A DNA stretch of 64,000 nt from Okamejei kenojei (lineage: Eukaryota), in contig CM069131.1 of assembly GCA_035221665.1 (NCBI GenBank), positions 50,592,001-50,656,000 on the forward strand, read 5' to 3'. The position numbers and the translations under genes were made by a program. Below are positions 11,903 to 24,371 of this stretch, piece after piece (position 1 is the first letter of the stretch; every line of letters begins with the position of its first letter). The notes under the pieces were generated by a model, which was not told where the DNA came from, made no database searches, and saw only the letters and a list, made by a program, of their open reading frames with translations.

Positions 11903-13562
11903 TCAAAACCTGCAGATTAACAAATTCATATATGCATATAATGGATAATCTTCATTTGTTACTGGATTAGTCAAGATATCACTACAGTTAAGAATCTGCA
12001 TATACGGTTCTTTAATCATATTCAGCATAACTGGGAACCAAGGTTGAGTTGGCCAATTTGGCCCTACCAACAATCCGGAAGCTGAATCTTGCTCTATTTT
12101 CTTCAAGCATCTCTGGATCAGAGCAAATGGTGGAAAAGCATAAAAGAACATTTTTCCCCAGTGTAATAGAAATGCATCTACTGCAACTGCGTCCGGATCG
12201 TGTTCCCAAGACACATAATGAGGCAAATGATGATTAAGCCTGGATGCAAAATCAATTTCTGGCAACCCAAATCGTCGAACAATATTCTTAAATATTGGTG
12301 GCTTAAACATCCATTTCGTATTATCTTTAAAAATCCTGGACCTTTCATCTGCTACCACATTGTCTTTACCTGGAGTATAGCTTACTGCAATCCATATCTG
12401 CCGACCAATACACCATTGCCATATTCTCATTGACCAGACAATCACATGATACTGATCCAACTCTCCCCATATGATTAATGTAAACCACAGCTGTTTTATT
12501 GTGTAATTGTAATTAAACACATGCAGACCTTGTTTAGCACAACAATATGCTTTAAGCCCATAAAAGGCCCCCAATAACTCCCAATAGTTAATACCATACT
12601 CTTGGAGAAACACTTGTTCTTCAGTTTTCCATCTACCTCCACAACTGGAGGATAAATCTGTGGCCCCCCATCCGAGAGCACTAGCATCTGTATGTAAAAC
12701 CATTTCAGGCTGTTTAATCATAATATTTATTTAGCAGCTTGTGGGACATTTTCCTTTTTTAACCCACCATTGTAAATTCCAATACAGCTTCTTTTGTTAA
12801 TTACATAGGCCTGTCAAATGCCTGCCTTCTCTTTGAGAGCTTGTATCTTGTACCTTCGAAGATATCAATAAATGTAATGAACCAAATTCTAATGCAGGAA
12901 AATGCTGCTAGCAGTTCACCAATGGTTGTCACCATTTCTCGGATGGAAGGATAAGGTTTTGAATGAGATAATGACAAGTTACCAAAATATCATCGACTTT
13001 AACTGTTGGTAAAGGTATTAACATAGTCACTGAGTTAATTACAAACCCCAAAAGTAAATTGTTTGTGCTGGCTGCAGCTGGGGCTTAATTAGATAATTAA
13101 GAACCTTAGCTTACCACAAAGCTTTAGTAACTGAAACTGAGTCCTCAGCTGACTCCTGATAATCACTAATGACCAGAATGTCATGAGATAAGCCATAATG
13201 ATGTGCATTTTGTGCTCTAATTGGGCTAAACTGGTTTCAACAGTTTCGTAAAAGAGTAAAAAGCTGAACTCAGTCCATTTGGCAAAGCTTAACTGCCATA
13301 ATTGTCACAACCAATTAAAATTTAAGTATCACCGAAACCTGATACATAGGTACAGAATAATAGGCGTCTTTTCATCAATCTTAGCCATATAACAACCTGC
13401 TGAATTAAATATTTTTGCAGTATTCCATGACTCCATTTGAACATGTTTGTATTCTACAAACTTATTTAGACCTGTAAGGTCCAGAAATACTTCTGCAACC
13501 ATCATCTGTATGCCTTCTAACATTAAAGACAAATTTATGCTCGTGTTCAAAATCTTTTCCAT
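11903..13562 (-). pseudogene. DIRS pol: RT, RNase H and N6-adenine-methyltransferase-like domain, frameshifted
   Basis: DLTGLNKFV, ALPNGLSS, YL(D)DIL with a 1-nt deletion near 13185, LHTDASALGWGA, NVVAD, IDFASRLN, FYAFPPF. Confidence 0.88.
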
Positions 13563-14642
13563 TACCCCTTTCCCAGATAATTAGGCAATGTGGACATAAA
13601 ACTCTGCTTTTTCAATGCAGAAACACGAAAACATAAGCAGGTTTATTCTGTACAGGAGGATTAACCTCTTGTTTTTAAAAGTAATAGTAGTTAATGAAAC
13701 TGCTCGTAATATACTGATCAAAAATAATAGTAAGCCAGTTTTAATAAACTTTTTGTAATCTCCCTCTAACTGGAGATTAATCCGCAGTTTCTTTAAGCAG
13801 GGAACACGTCTTTAATTCCTCTGCATATGAGCGTGGTGGTCTCCTTATCCCCTGAATTCGGTAAGTATTTGGTTGTGCAATACAATAAAACTTCCTTGAC
13901 ATATTTCTGCCTCTATTTCCAATATCAAATCCCCTTCTGGGCGAAAAATACCTTTTCGTCCAAAGACGAAGGTTTCATGCAGCTAAAATATTTTAGCTTT
14001 TCATCCAATTTCAATAAGTTAGGCAGATTATTCCAAACAGATAACCAAGAGCTTAAACACCACTTGCTCGACACAGGTATGCAACCTTGGGTGAAAAAAA
14101 TGGGCCAAATAGCCATTTATTTTATACAAAAGTTCATAGAAAAAATTGCACAATAGCGTCTTTATTTTATGTTTTCCTTTCATCTGCCCAAAAGCCATAA
14201 TAGCAGCAGAGTAATTTGTGAGGATTTTTAAACCTCACTATTTGACGCTCTCATATTTGGAGTCATGAATGCCCATATTAACGGATAAACCGTAGGCTCT
14301 TCCAATGAGGCACAATTTCCTGTGCTGTGCAATTTTAATATTTCAATCATCACAGAATCATGAAGTTGGTGAGATACCATATACATAATGTAGGTAGCTA
14401 GGTTTTTCCATAGCCTCACCACTTCCTTTAGATATAGCAAAACTTTTGCTATCTCAGGCACACCTGGCCTCACTTTTATTTTTATTTTATTTGTAGTGTG
14501 CATTCATAATTCACATCACCACTTGCAGGGTCTGTCTTTTGCAGCCCTGATCCACTTGGAATTATATCCAAAGAGACTTCCTCCACCCTATCCAGGGTCA
14601 GAGTTTTTATTTTTCAATTTGGCACATAGCCATATTTTGTAT

Positions 14643-14766
14643 ATTCAAGCCCCTCAGGGTCTTTTTTGGGGAACTGTTTGGGTACTGTGACCCTGGTCTT
14701 TAGTACATTCAAGTCCCTCAGGGTCTTTTTTTGGGGAACTGTTTGGGTACTGTGACCCTAGTCTCT
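14643..14766. repeat. Two-copy 64-bp tandem repeat inside the DIRS 5' region
   Basis: ATTCAAGyCCCTCAGGGTC...GGTACTGTGACCCT starts at 14643 and at 14707. Confidence 0.9.
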
Positions 14767-15604
14767 TTTTATATTATGGAGTACTTTCTCCATATCGCGA
14801 ATTTTATTAACTTTTTTAAAAATACAGTCTTTCTGATTTTTAAAATATCCTGCCAAAATTGTGGAGCATTTAAACCTTTCTACCGTATTTTAAACGGTAC
14901 CAGTATCGGAACCGGCCCCGTAATTAATCTCTCGTCCCGATCGCTGGGTATTCCCCTGGGACGTTCTTTTTTAAAAACTCCGTTATTTTAACAGAGTATA
15001 TCTGTTTAATTTAAACTTTTAGTTAGTTTTTTAAAACCTTTAAAATCCTGGTTTCCACCAGGCACGGAGTTTTCTAGTCCTAAAAAGTTTTTCAACAGCA
15101 CTTACCTGCCGGTTCCGAACCTACCGCTGTCGAGGAGCTGCTCCTTACTGCAGCTCCTGCTTCTGCCGTCAGCGTCGACGTAATGCCGTTACCAGCGTGA
15201 GGCGGGTTCTTCACGTAGTCACTCACGTGACTCCGAAGTTGCCTATAGAATTGAATTTCTGCACTATTCCATAAGAAGCTGATGAGTGAAAGTATTTTAG
15301 TCACTGTTGGCTTTCTTAAAGGACCAGTGACAAATTGACAAACGTTGTATTTGATATTGATTAACATCATCTCATTCTTTTGTATTTGGTACTTTTAACA
15401 TGATGTTCATGAACAATGTGCAACCTACATACTGATCAGCTATCAAAATCAACATGTGAAAGGCAATACGTGACTCTGGGATAAAATTGAATTTGGTCTT
15501 TACATATGGCTGCTGCTGCATGACCAGGCAATTGTGAACACTCTCTTTATATTCATGCTAGGATCATGTTTCTTCACTAGCTTAGCTAGATGAGACACTG
15601 GTTT

Positions 15605-15925
15605 GGGGTTAGGGCTATTAATGTCATGTGTACCGAGGTACAGTTAAAAGCATTATTCTGCATGCTTTCCAAACAGATCAGATACCATACATAAGTACAA
15701 TTAAGTCAAACTCTGCTTCAATATATAGAGCAAAGGGGAAGGTACAGAGAGCAGAATACAGTTCTCAGCATAGCAGCTAATCAGTTCCACCGAAAAAGTC
15801 CAATGCTCGCAATGGGGTAGAGGTGAAACGGATGGTACCCCAGCTTACGGAAGAACTGTTCAGAAGCCTGATGACTGTGAAGTAGCTGTCCCATGCCTTG
15901 GGTGATGTGACTTTCACCGTGTCCC
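15605..15925 (-). mobile_element. Rex1/Babar-like LINE 3' UTR
   Basis: TGTCATGTGTACCGAGGTACAG...GTTCAGAAGCCTGAT motif seen many times in the window. Confidence 0.65.
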
Positions 15926-17619
15926 AGGCTGTGAAACTGAAGGTCCACACGTTAGCTTTCCTGTATTCACATAAATAGCTGAGGCAGTAATTGGAGAGTG
16001 CCCAGTGAATCTGGAACAATACCACTTCACGGAGCCTACGTCTCAAGAGGAAGTGCAGGGAACAAGCAAAACTCCATGGGTAAACTGTTTATTTCTCAAT
16101 GGCGTCTTTGGAAGTATTTTAATCTTTGTTGTGAATAGTTCCATCACAACCTATGCTGATACACATTGGGCTTGAATGAAGCTGTCAGGCGGGGTAGTCG
16201 TGACTTAATTTTATAAAGCTGCTTTTGGCAGGCCAAATTGTTCAAGGCTAACTATCTGGAAACCTGTCAATAGAAGGTTGGCACCAGCAATAATGAATCG
16301 ACGAATGGATGTTTTCTGTTTCTATCCTGTCCACGAGTGAGATATGCTTCTCTGAAACCTTTTATTTTTGCATTGCCTGTTAAGTCAAGCTAATCGTGCT
16401 TTACCTTTGAAGTGTAAATGAACAATTAGGGATCTTTTATTTCACGATTCATATACACTGTTACCTGTTTTGGTTCTTGAACAAGCTCAACATGTTGCTT
16501 AACATAAGTCAGTTAGGCAAGTGATTCAGCGCAATCTGTCTAGCCTGCATCGTAGCTATGAGGAGTCTTGTTTTATCCAGTTAGGGAGCACACGCTGTGT
16601 ATTTGTTAATGCTCCATACAGAATACTCCATACAGTAAGGTGCAACATTCAGCATAAGAGGACTGTATTCATAGTCACGCTGTCTGCAAAATTCACTGTA
16701 AACTACAGAGTAGCCCACCTTCACTTTTTCTTCAATACGGAGATATCATGCCTTTGGAAATATTTGGTAACAGATTTGTTCTATCGCTTCACCACTGTGT
16801 TATCCTTCATTAAAATAGGACACTGACCTTCATTAACAAGATATGTTTTGCTAAGATCTTATTTTTCGTTATTTCACTCCATGTGTATGTTCTGTATTCA
16901 CCAGCAGCAAAGTGTTTGAAAATAATTTTTGGTGATAATTTTTCATTCTTTAAATCAATTTATAATTGTTTGCAAACACGTTTGGTCCCATTAAACGCAA
17001 TGAGACCGCCCTTTGTTGGAAATGAAACTAAATGGAAACATAGTTCAGAGTAAAGAAACGAGCAGGCGGAGGAACTCAGCGGGTCAGGCAGCATCTGTGG
17101 AAGCAAAGTGATGGTTGATGTTTCAGATCGAGACCCCGCATCAGGACTCTTGTGTCCCCAGGTTACTGTGTAGCCCACTGACCGGTTTACCACTGCCAGT
17201 CCCATCTACCTGTGGGATGGCAACAAAACTGAAGCTACAAGGTGTTGGGAATAATCTGTGCCAAGGGGGCAGGACCGGTTGGAGGAAGGGTGGTGTTTGT
17301 CTTCATTCACTCTATGCTGTGTCTGTAATTATCTCTAAGGTTTTGAATTCCAAGGCAACATTGAGAGTCTGCAAACAAAGGGTCTATCTGCTTTGGTGCA
17401 GACAATTTAGCACTGACATTCACAAGTTTGCCTATTTCTATCATCTACTCTAGAGGTTAGTTAGTTTAGTTTATTGCCAGGTGTACGAGGTACAGTGAAA
17501 AGCTTTCGTTGCGTGCTACAATTCGGGGCAGAAGATCAGGCAGCAGAGACTCCTTCATGAATAAGTTGGAGACATAAGAGTTGGCGGTTGCTGTAATCAG
17601 GAGCAAAAAACAAATGTTT

Positions 17620-17800
17620 ATAAACAAAGAACTGCAGATGTTGGTTTGTGCTAAAGATAGAGGCGAAGTGCTGGAGTAACTCAGCAGGTCAGACAGTATC
17701 TCTGGGTCTGAAGAAGGGTCCCAACCGGAAACGTCACCCATCCCTTTTCTCCAGAGATACTGCCTGACCCGCTGAATTACACCAGCCCTTTGTGTCTACC
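17620..17800. mobile_element. Penelope-derived fold-back repeat with a hammerhead motif
   Basis: Inverted arms GCTGGAGTAACTCAGC... flank TGGGT-CTGAAGA-...-GAAAC-GTC-ACCCA. Confidence 0.75.
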
Positions 17801-18334
17801 TTTTCAAAAACACAACCTGCTGGACGAACTCAGTCGCTCAGGCAGCATTTGTGGAGGCAGAGGGATTGTCATTGTTCAGGATCGAGAACCTGCGATTAAA
17901 GTATGTGGTGAAGAGCAGTGAAAACCACGGAGGGGGAGGAAGTTCTTTAAAGTGAAAATACCATGAAGAGACTTCACAGGGGACACACAGAGTCTGCAGA
18001 TGCTGCAATCTGGAGCAAGAAACACTGCTACTTCTCTGTGGTTTCTTTTGTGTTTTGACCACAGCTAGATCACTGTGTGAACCTGTATTACTCGCAACAC
18101 GGAGATTGCTGAGAGACATGGACGCAAATAATTACGATGGATGACTTGAGCACTCTGCCAACAACCCTACTTTATATAGCAATAAATTATGCATGTTCCT
18201 TTCCCTTCTCCTTCTCAGCTTCTGCTATGCAGGGAATTGCTGACTGTCGTAGGACATTAATTGCACTAGGTTGGTCAACAAGAGGAAGCTTATTCTCAGG
18301 CAGGATGGACAAGTATTCCCTCTCCCCTGAATCT

Positions 18335-18370
18335 CAGTCTGAAGAAGGGTCTCGACCCGAAACATCACAT
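18335..18370 (+). ncRNA. Minimal type I hammerhead ribozyme motif (Penelope pLTR-derived)
   Basis: CTGAAGA (18339-18345), helix II GGGTC/GACCC, GAAA (18359-18362), C-ATC; activity not established. Confidence 0.6.
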
Positions 18371-18621
18371 ATTCCTTTCTGCAGAGATGCTGCCTGACCC
18401 ATTGAGTTACTCCAGCATTTTGTGCCTATTCTCAAAGAAAGGCACACACAGTGTACAGAAAAAGGATAAACGGTACAACGTTTAGTGTAAGATAAAGTCC
18501 GATTAAAAATAGTTCAAAGGTCTCCAATGAGGTAGATGGGAGGTCGGGACTAGCCCGAATGGAGGACAGTTCAGTTGTCTGATAACAGGCAAGAAGGAAG
18601 AAACTGCCCCTGAATCTGGAG

Positions 18622-19935
18622 GTAGACACAAAATGCTGGAGTAGCTCAGCGGGACAGGCAGCTTCTCTGGAGAGAAGGTATGGGCGACGTTTTGGGTCGA
18701 GACCCTTCTTCGGACTGATGTCAGGGGAGTAGGCAGGACAGAGATAGAATGTAGTCGGAGACAGTAAGACTGGTGGGAGAACTGGGAAGGGGGAGTAATG
18801 GGGAGAGAGAGGGAAAGCAAAGGCTATTTGATAGTTCGATAGGTCAATATTCATACCGCAGGGGTGTAAACTACCCAAGCGAAATATGAGGTGCTGTTCC
18901 TCCAATTTGCGCTGGGCCTCACTCTGACAATGGAGGAGGCCCAGGACAGAAAGGTCAGATTGGGAATGGGAGGTGGAGTTGAAATGCTGAGTCATCGGGA
19001 AATCAGGTAGATTAAGGCGGACTGAGCGGAGGTGTTCAGCGAAACGATCGCCCGGTCTGTGCTTGGTCTCGCCGATGTACAGAAGTTGACACCTGGAACA
19101 GTGGATACAGTAGATGAGGTTGGAGGAGGTGCAAGTGAACCTCTGCCTCACCTGGAAAGACTGATTGGGTCCTTGGATGGAGTCAAGGGGGGAGGTAAAG
19201 TGACAGGTGTTGCATCTCCTGCAGTTGCAGGGGAAAGTACCTGGGGAGGGGGTGGTTTGGGTGGGAAGGGATGTGTTGACCAGGGAATTTCGGAGGGAAC
19301 GGTCTCGGCAGAAAGCAGAAAGGGGTGGAGATGGGAAGATGTGGCCAGTAGTGGGATCCCGTTGGAGGTGGCAAAAATGTTGGATGACTATACGCTGTGT
19401 GCGACGGCTGATGGGGTGGAAGGTGAGGACAAGAGGGACGTGTCGTGAATAGGGGGAGGAAGAGCAAGAGCGGAGCTGCAGGATATCGAGGCGACCCTAG
19501 GTAGAGCCTCATCTATAACGGAAGAGGGGATCCCCTGTTTTCTAAAGAACGAGGACAACCTTGGAAAACCTCATCCTGGGCGCAGATGTGGCGCAGATGG
19601 AGGAATTGGGAGTAGGGGATAGAGTCTTTACAAGAAGCAAGGTGGGAAGAAGTGTAGTCTAGATAGCTATGGGAGTCAGTGGGTTTGTAGTAGATGCCGG
19701 TCAATAGTCTGTCTCCTGTGATGGAGACGTGAGATCCAGAAACGGTAGGGAGATGTCGGAGATGGTCCAAGTGAATTTGAGTGCAGGATGGAAATTAGTC
19801 GTGATGTTGATGAAGTCAGTGAGTTCTGCATGGGTGCAGGAGGCAGCACCGATGCATCGTCAATGCAGTGGAGGTAGAGTTCAGGGAGAGGGCCAGTGTA
19901 CGCCTGGAACAGTGATTGTTTGGCGTACACTACAG
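18622..19935 (-). mobile_element. Penelope-like element: RT C-terminus, GIY-YIG endonuclease and pLTR
   Basis: FTCTSSNLIYCIHCSRCQLLYIGETK...RFAEH...GMN; YYKPTDSHSYLDYTSSH...SIPYSQF; YLHCIDD; inserted into a LINE tail at 18435-18622. Confidence 0.92.
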
Positions 19936-19944
19936 GCGATCACC

Positions 19945-20160
19945 CGTACACCAGTTTTACCCGAAACACTAGGGACAATTTCCAAAGCCAATTAACATAC
20001 AACCCCGCACGTCTTTAGAATGTGTGAAGAAATCGGAGCACCCGGAGAAAATCCACGCAATTACTGGAAGAACGTGTGAACTCTACACAGACAGCACCCA
20101 TAGTCAGGATCAAACCTGGGTTTCTGGCATAGTGAGGCAGCAACTCTACCGCTGCACCAC
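19945..20160 (-). mobile_element. V-SINE (HE1-like)
   Basis: Reverse V-SINE motifs ending in GGCAGCAACTCTACCGCTGCACCAC. Confidence 0.8.
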
Positions 20161-20752
20161 AATGTTTCAAGTCTGGCAATCTCCAGCTATGGGAACTCGC
20201 TGAAGTATCATCCCTCCATTAGGGGAAGCCCAAGAGGCTAGGCAACGAGTAGACTGGCCGCCTTACAGCAGGGAATGAAATCCAGGCTAATGCCGCTGTC
20301 GACGGCTGTTCAAAGCTCATCTCACAGCTGACTGCCGCTAATGGATTGTCTCATCATAGGAGCTGGCATTGCATCCTCCCCCACCCCTCTTCCGACCTCC
20401 AACCTCACCCTGGATCTATAAAATCCACTGTGCTGGAAACTAAATTGAAATGGGAATATTAAAAGTGCCTGGTGACAGACGTATTTAGGTCGCGCATGGC
20501 TTGTTTGCTATTCCTACTGGATATGCTTGCACCCAGGAGGATTTCTTCACAAAGAGTAAATTATAAATGTTGACCCCTGCTTTAAGGCCAGATATGCCTC
20601 GGTTTTCTTGGATAGAGTTATTCACTGTCCTCATTTCAAAGTACTTTTGATTTCATCACTGGTAGGATGGCCCCACTTCCCAGTTACTGTGCATTGCATT
20701 GCCACCAGCATTTGCATTTTAACTCCTCGTTACTGATGCACTGTTCCCAGAA

Positions 20753-21176
20753 AAGGACACAAAGGACTGGGGTAACTCAGTGGGTCAAGCAGCATCTCTG
20801 GCAAACATGGATATCTTTTCAGTCGTGGCACTTCTTTCAGGCTGATTGTAGGGGTGTGGGTTGAGGGAGAGGAAGAAATCTGGGGGCGAGTAGAGGCTGG
20901 ACGAAGCATGGCAGGTAATAGGTGGACACGTTCGAGGGGGGGGGGGGGGGGGGGTTAAATAGGCAGATAGTTGGAACAAAGGCCACAGATTAAAAAAGGT
21001 GTGAGACAGATGGATGGAAGAGTTGCAAATTGTGAAGCCGGAGGAAGGAAGGGGAGAAATAGGTGCAATTCCAGAAGGGGCACAAAGGGAGGGGAGAAAG
21101 GGGAGGGGGTGATTTTGAGTTATTCCAGTACGTAGTATCTTTTTGTGTAAACCAACATCTGCAGTTCCTTGTTTCC
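20753..21176. mobile_element. Short Penelope-derived insertion with a 15-bp TSD
   Basis: GCACTGTTCCCAGAA at 20738-20752 and 21177-21191; inverted pLTR segment followed by a forward tail. Confidence 0.8.
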
Positions 21177-21476
21177 GCACTGTTCCCAGAATTGCCTAAT
21201 TTCTTTTTTTAGATTGCCAGAAGTTGTCATTTTAGTTTTTACAATCTGCAGGTCTGTTCATGGCAAAAAATGATTGATTTTTAGATAGGGGATCAATTCT
21301 TATGGGAAGTGTGCAGTCGTGACCTTCTCTTCCTCCAGTCTCTTATATTCCGGTGTCCGTTGGAAACTAACATTTTAATTCCTTTATTCTTGGATTAGTT
21401 TCGTTTATTAATGTCACACGTACTGAGGTACAGTGAAAGCTTTTTTGTTGCGTGTTATCCAGTCTCCAATAAGGAT

Positions 21477-21765
21477 GGCACAGCGGTAGAGTTGCTGCCT
21501 TGGAGCACTAGAGACCTGGATTCGATCCGAACTACGGGTGCTGTCTGTACGGAGTTTGTACGTTCCCCCCGTGACGTGGTTGTCTTCGGTGTCTGGTTTT
21601 TTTTTACCAAAGACATACAGGTTTATAGGTTTTGGGCCCTGTAGAAATTGTAAGTTGTCCTAGTTTGTGTTGGATATGCTAGCGTTCGCTGGTCGGCGGG
21701 ACTCGGTGGGCCGAAGGGCCTGTTTCCAAGCTGTATCTCTAAACTAAACTAAACTAAAACTAAAC
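21477..21765 (+). mobile_element. V-SINE nested in a LINE 3' UTR
   Basis: Head and tail motifs, (AAACT)n end. Confidence 0.85.
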
Positions 21766-22740
21766 TATACATGATGACCATCAAGTTGGCCACTAGACTG
21801 ATGCAACATAAGAGGTCGCATTTAGTGCAAGATAAAGCAAATCAAATCACAGCCACTTATACAAGATAAGGGAGACTTTGCTTGTGATACTTTGGGAAGT
21901 CCCAGATCATTTTAAAATTGTTCAGACATATTCTGAAGTCCAATCTCCATGGTGATGTCTGATACATGACGGGCATTTCATGGATGGATCAGTCGGACCT
22001 GTATATTCTGTTCTTCAGTGATCTCGATTTGAAAAATTATGTAATTTATTTAACTTCCCTGCTTCAAACAAAAAACATTGGCTATATCAATTGGCTTGGC
22101 ACGATTATTGGGAAGTGTGGCCAGTATTTTTCCATTGAAAAGAAGGAACTGACTGATGTAACGATGAAGGAAATCTATCTCATAGATATCTTATTAATAT
22201 TGTAACGATCTGTCACATTTGTCGTTTTGTATGTTATTTCATAAACTGAATGTAAGTTATCTTTTGATTGCCACAGTTTCTTTCGGCTGTGATTTTGCGT
22301 GTAACATCCTTGAGAAGGTTCCAAGAGCTCTGTGCCAAGATGGAGAGATGATGAGGGGGATATCCATTTTTCAAACCTCTTCCCCTCAAAGCTAAAACAG
22401 GGAGCAGCTGGGATCAGTCTGGGTGTTGGAGAGCTCTTGAACTGAGGATCTGTGGACAACTCGCTCACCAAAATAATGCAAACAAATATGATACAGCTTG
22501 AAGACATCACACCCAGCAGCAGATGTCTTCATTGGTAAATCTTGAAATATGGATTAGTCCCTTTTTCCACTGACATCTGCCGAACATGAAGCCTCACAAA
22601 ACTCTTTCATTTAATGCCTGTCATAGACGGAAGCTACCAATTAGTTTCATGAGCAACTTTATTCCCAACTGACAACACAAGATAAAATCTTTGTGTGCAC
22701 AAGTCTGAATATCTTAGCAATTAGTTCTCACGATCTGTTA

Positions 22741-23570
22741 CAAAGTCAAAGTCAATTTTATTCGTCACATGAACCCGAAGGTGCAGTGAAATGAATTTGC
22801 CAGCAGCGATACACTTAAAAAGGACACACAATACACAATGAGATTTAACACAAACATCCACCACAGTATTCTTCACTGTGGTGGAAGGCAAAAGGTTCAG
22901 CCAGTCCTCCTCCTTTGTTCATCCGTGGTCGGGGCCATGAACCCTCCGTAGTTCCCGCTACGGACGGCCCGATGTACAGGCAGGTCCTCTCGTCGGAATG
23001 AACCAAACTCCGACGTCGGGACGGTCGAACACACTCTGCGGCCTGGAGTGCCCGAATCGGCAGTTTCATACCGGAGACCGCGGCTTCAGGATGTTATAGG
23101 CCGCCGGCCGGCAGTCGGAGCTCTTCGCTGGTGATTCCCAGCAAGGGATCCCAGACTCCGGATGGTAAGTCCATGCCACGCCCGCGGCTAGAAGCTCCGC
23201 AGACCACAGCCCCATGATGCTAAAGTCACCAGGCCTGCTATCGGAGCACTCCTCTCTGGCGACCCCCGGCAAGGGTTCACCCGGTCTGCGATGGAAAAGT
23301 CCACGCTGCGCCCGCTTCTGAAGCTTTGAGCGGGAAAGGCCGCTCCAATCCAAGCCGTTAGGCTGCAAGAGGGGCGACATGAAAAACTCGCCTCTCTGTC
23401 GAGGAGGTGACCGAAAACGGTTCCCCCCCCCCCCCCCACCACCCTCTACAAAAGACATACCGAGAGACACTAAAACAAACATTTGGACACACCAAAGAAA
23501 ACAAAAAAAGGCGAAATAACCAACACTCTGCTGGCAGGGCAGCCGACTCGCAGCGCCCCCCCACCGACCG
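22741..23570 (-). mobile_element. CpG-rich non-coding retroposon (family of 2860-3525)
   Basis: Shared 5' GGCTGCCCTGCC block and 3' GCCTTCCACCACAGTGAAG block; (TTTGAC)n tail. Confidence 0.7.
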
Positions 23571-23611
23571 ATCTAAGGATTTTCAAAGATTACAGCTCAG
23601 TGAAAACTCTC

Positions 23612-24305
23612 TTCAGTTTTAGTTCAGTTTAATTTATTGTCACGTGTACTGAGGTACAGTGAAAAGCTTTTGTTGCATGCTAACGAGCCAGCTGAAACAC
23701 AGTACATGATTACAATTAAACCATTGACAATGCACAGGTGCATGATAAGGGAATAATGTTTAGTGCAAGGTAAAGCCAGTAAAGTTCAATCAAAGATGGT
23801 CCCAGGGTCCACTATGATGTAGATAGTAGTTCAGGACTGCTCTCTGGTTGCGGTAGGATGGTTCAGTTGCTTGATAACAGCTGGGAAGAAACTGTCCCTG
23901 AATCTGGAGGTGCGCATTTTCACACTTCAATACCGTTTGCCCGATGGGAGAGAGGAGAAGAGGAAGTGGCCAGGGTGCGACTAGTCCTTGATTATGCTGC
24001 TGGCCTTGCTGAGGCAGCGTGAGGTATAAATGGAGTCAATGGAAGGGAGGTTGGCTTATGTGATGATATTGGGCTGTGTCCGCAAATCGCGTTCTTGGAT
24101 GGAGCTGTTCGCAAACCAAACGGTGATGCATCCTGATAAAATGCTTTATGTGGTGCTTCTGTAGACGTTGGTGAGAGTTTTAGGGGACATGCTGAACTTC
24201 CTAAGCCTTCTAAGGAAGTAGAGGCGTTGGTGTACTTTCTTCATTGTTGCTTCAATATGGGTGGTCCAGGAGAAGTTGGTGATATTGATTCCTAGTAATT
24301 TGAAG
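23612..24305 (-). mobile_element. Rex1/Babar-like LINE 3' portion
   Basis: ORF2 C-terminal relic plus the recurrent 3' UTR. Confidence 0.75.
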
Positions 24306-24371
24306 TTTTCAGCTTTGAAATGATTTTAAGCTGAAGGTGCTCTCAGTAGATGTATTACAATGAATACCTGT

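Larger units (their letters stand above)
10331..15239 (-). mobile_element. DIRS1-like tyrosine-recombinase retrotransposon, both termini present
   Basis: ITRs at 10409-10454 and 15180-15217; ICR at 10574-10687 complementary to both termini; RT, RNase H, MTase-like and YR motifs in DIRS order. Confidence 0.93.

Noticed and set aside
10930-12721. Phage integrase plus DAM methylase suggesting a prophage or bacterial contamination
   Set aside because: The RT/RNase H motifs, ITRs and ICR identify a eukaryotic DIRS retrotransposon embedded in vertebrate repeats
22175-22510. 111-aa ORF with a signal-peptide-like start
   Set aside because: No recognisable family and a low-information C-terminus; only the splice-site-bounded part is kept as a weak candidate
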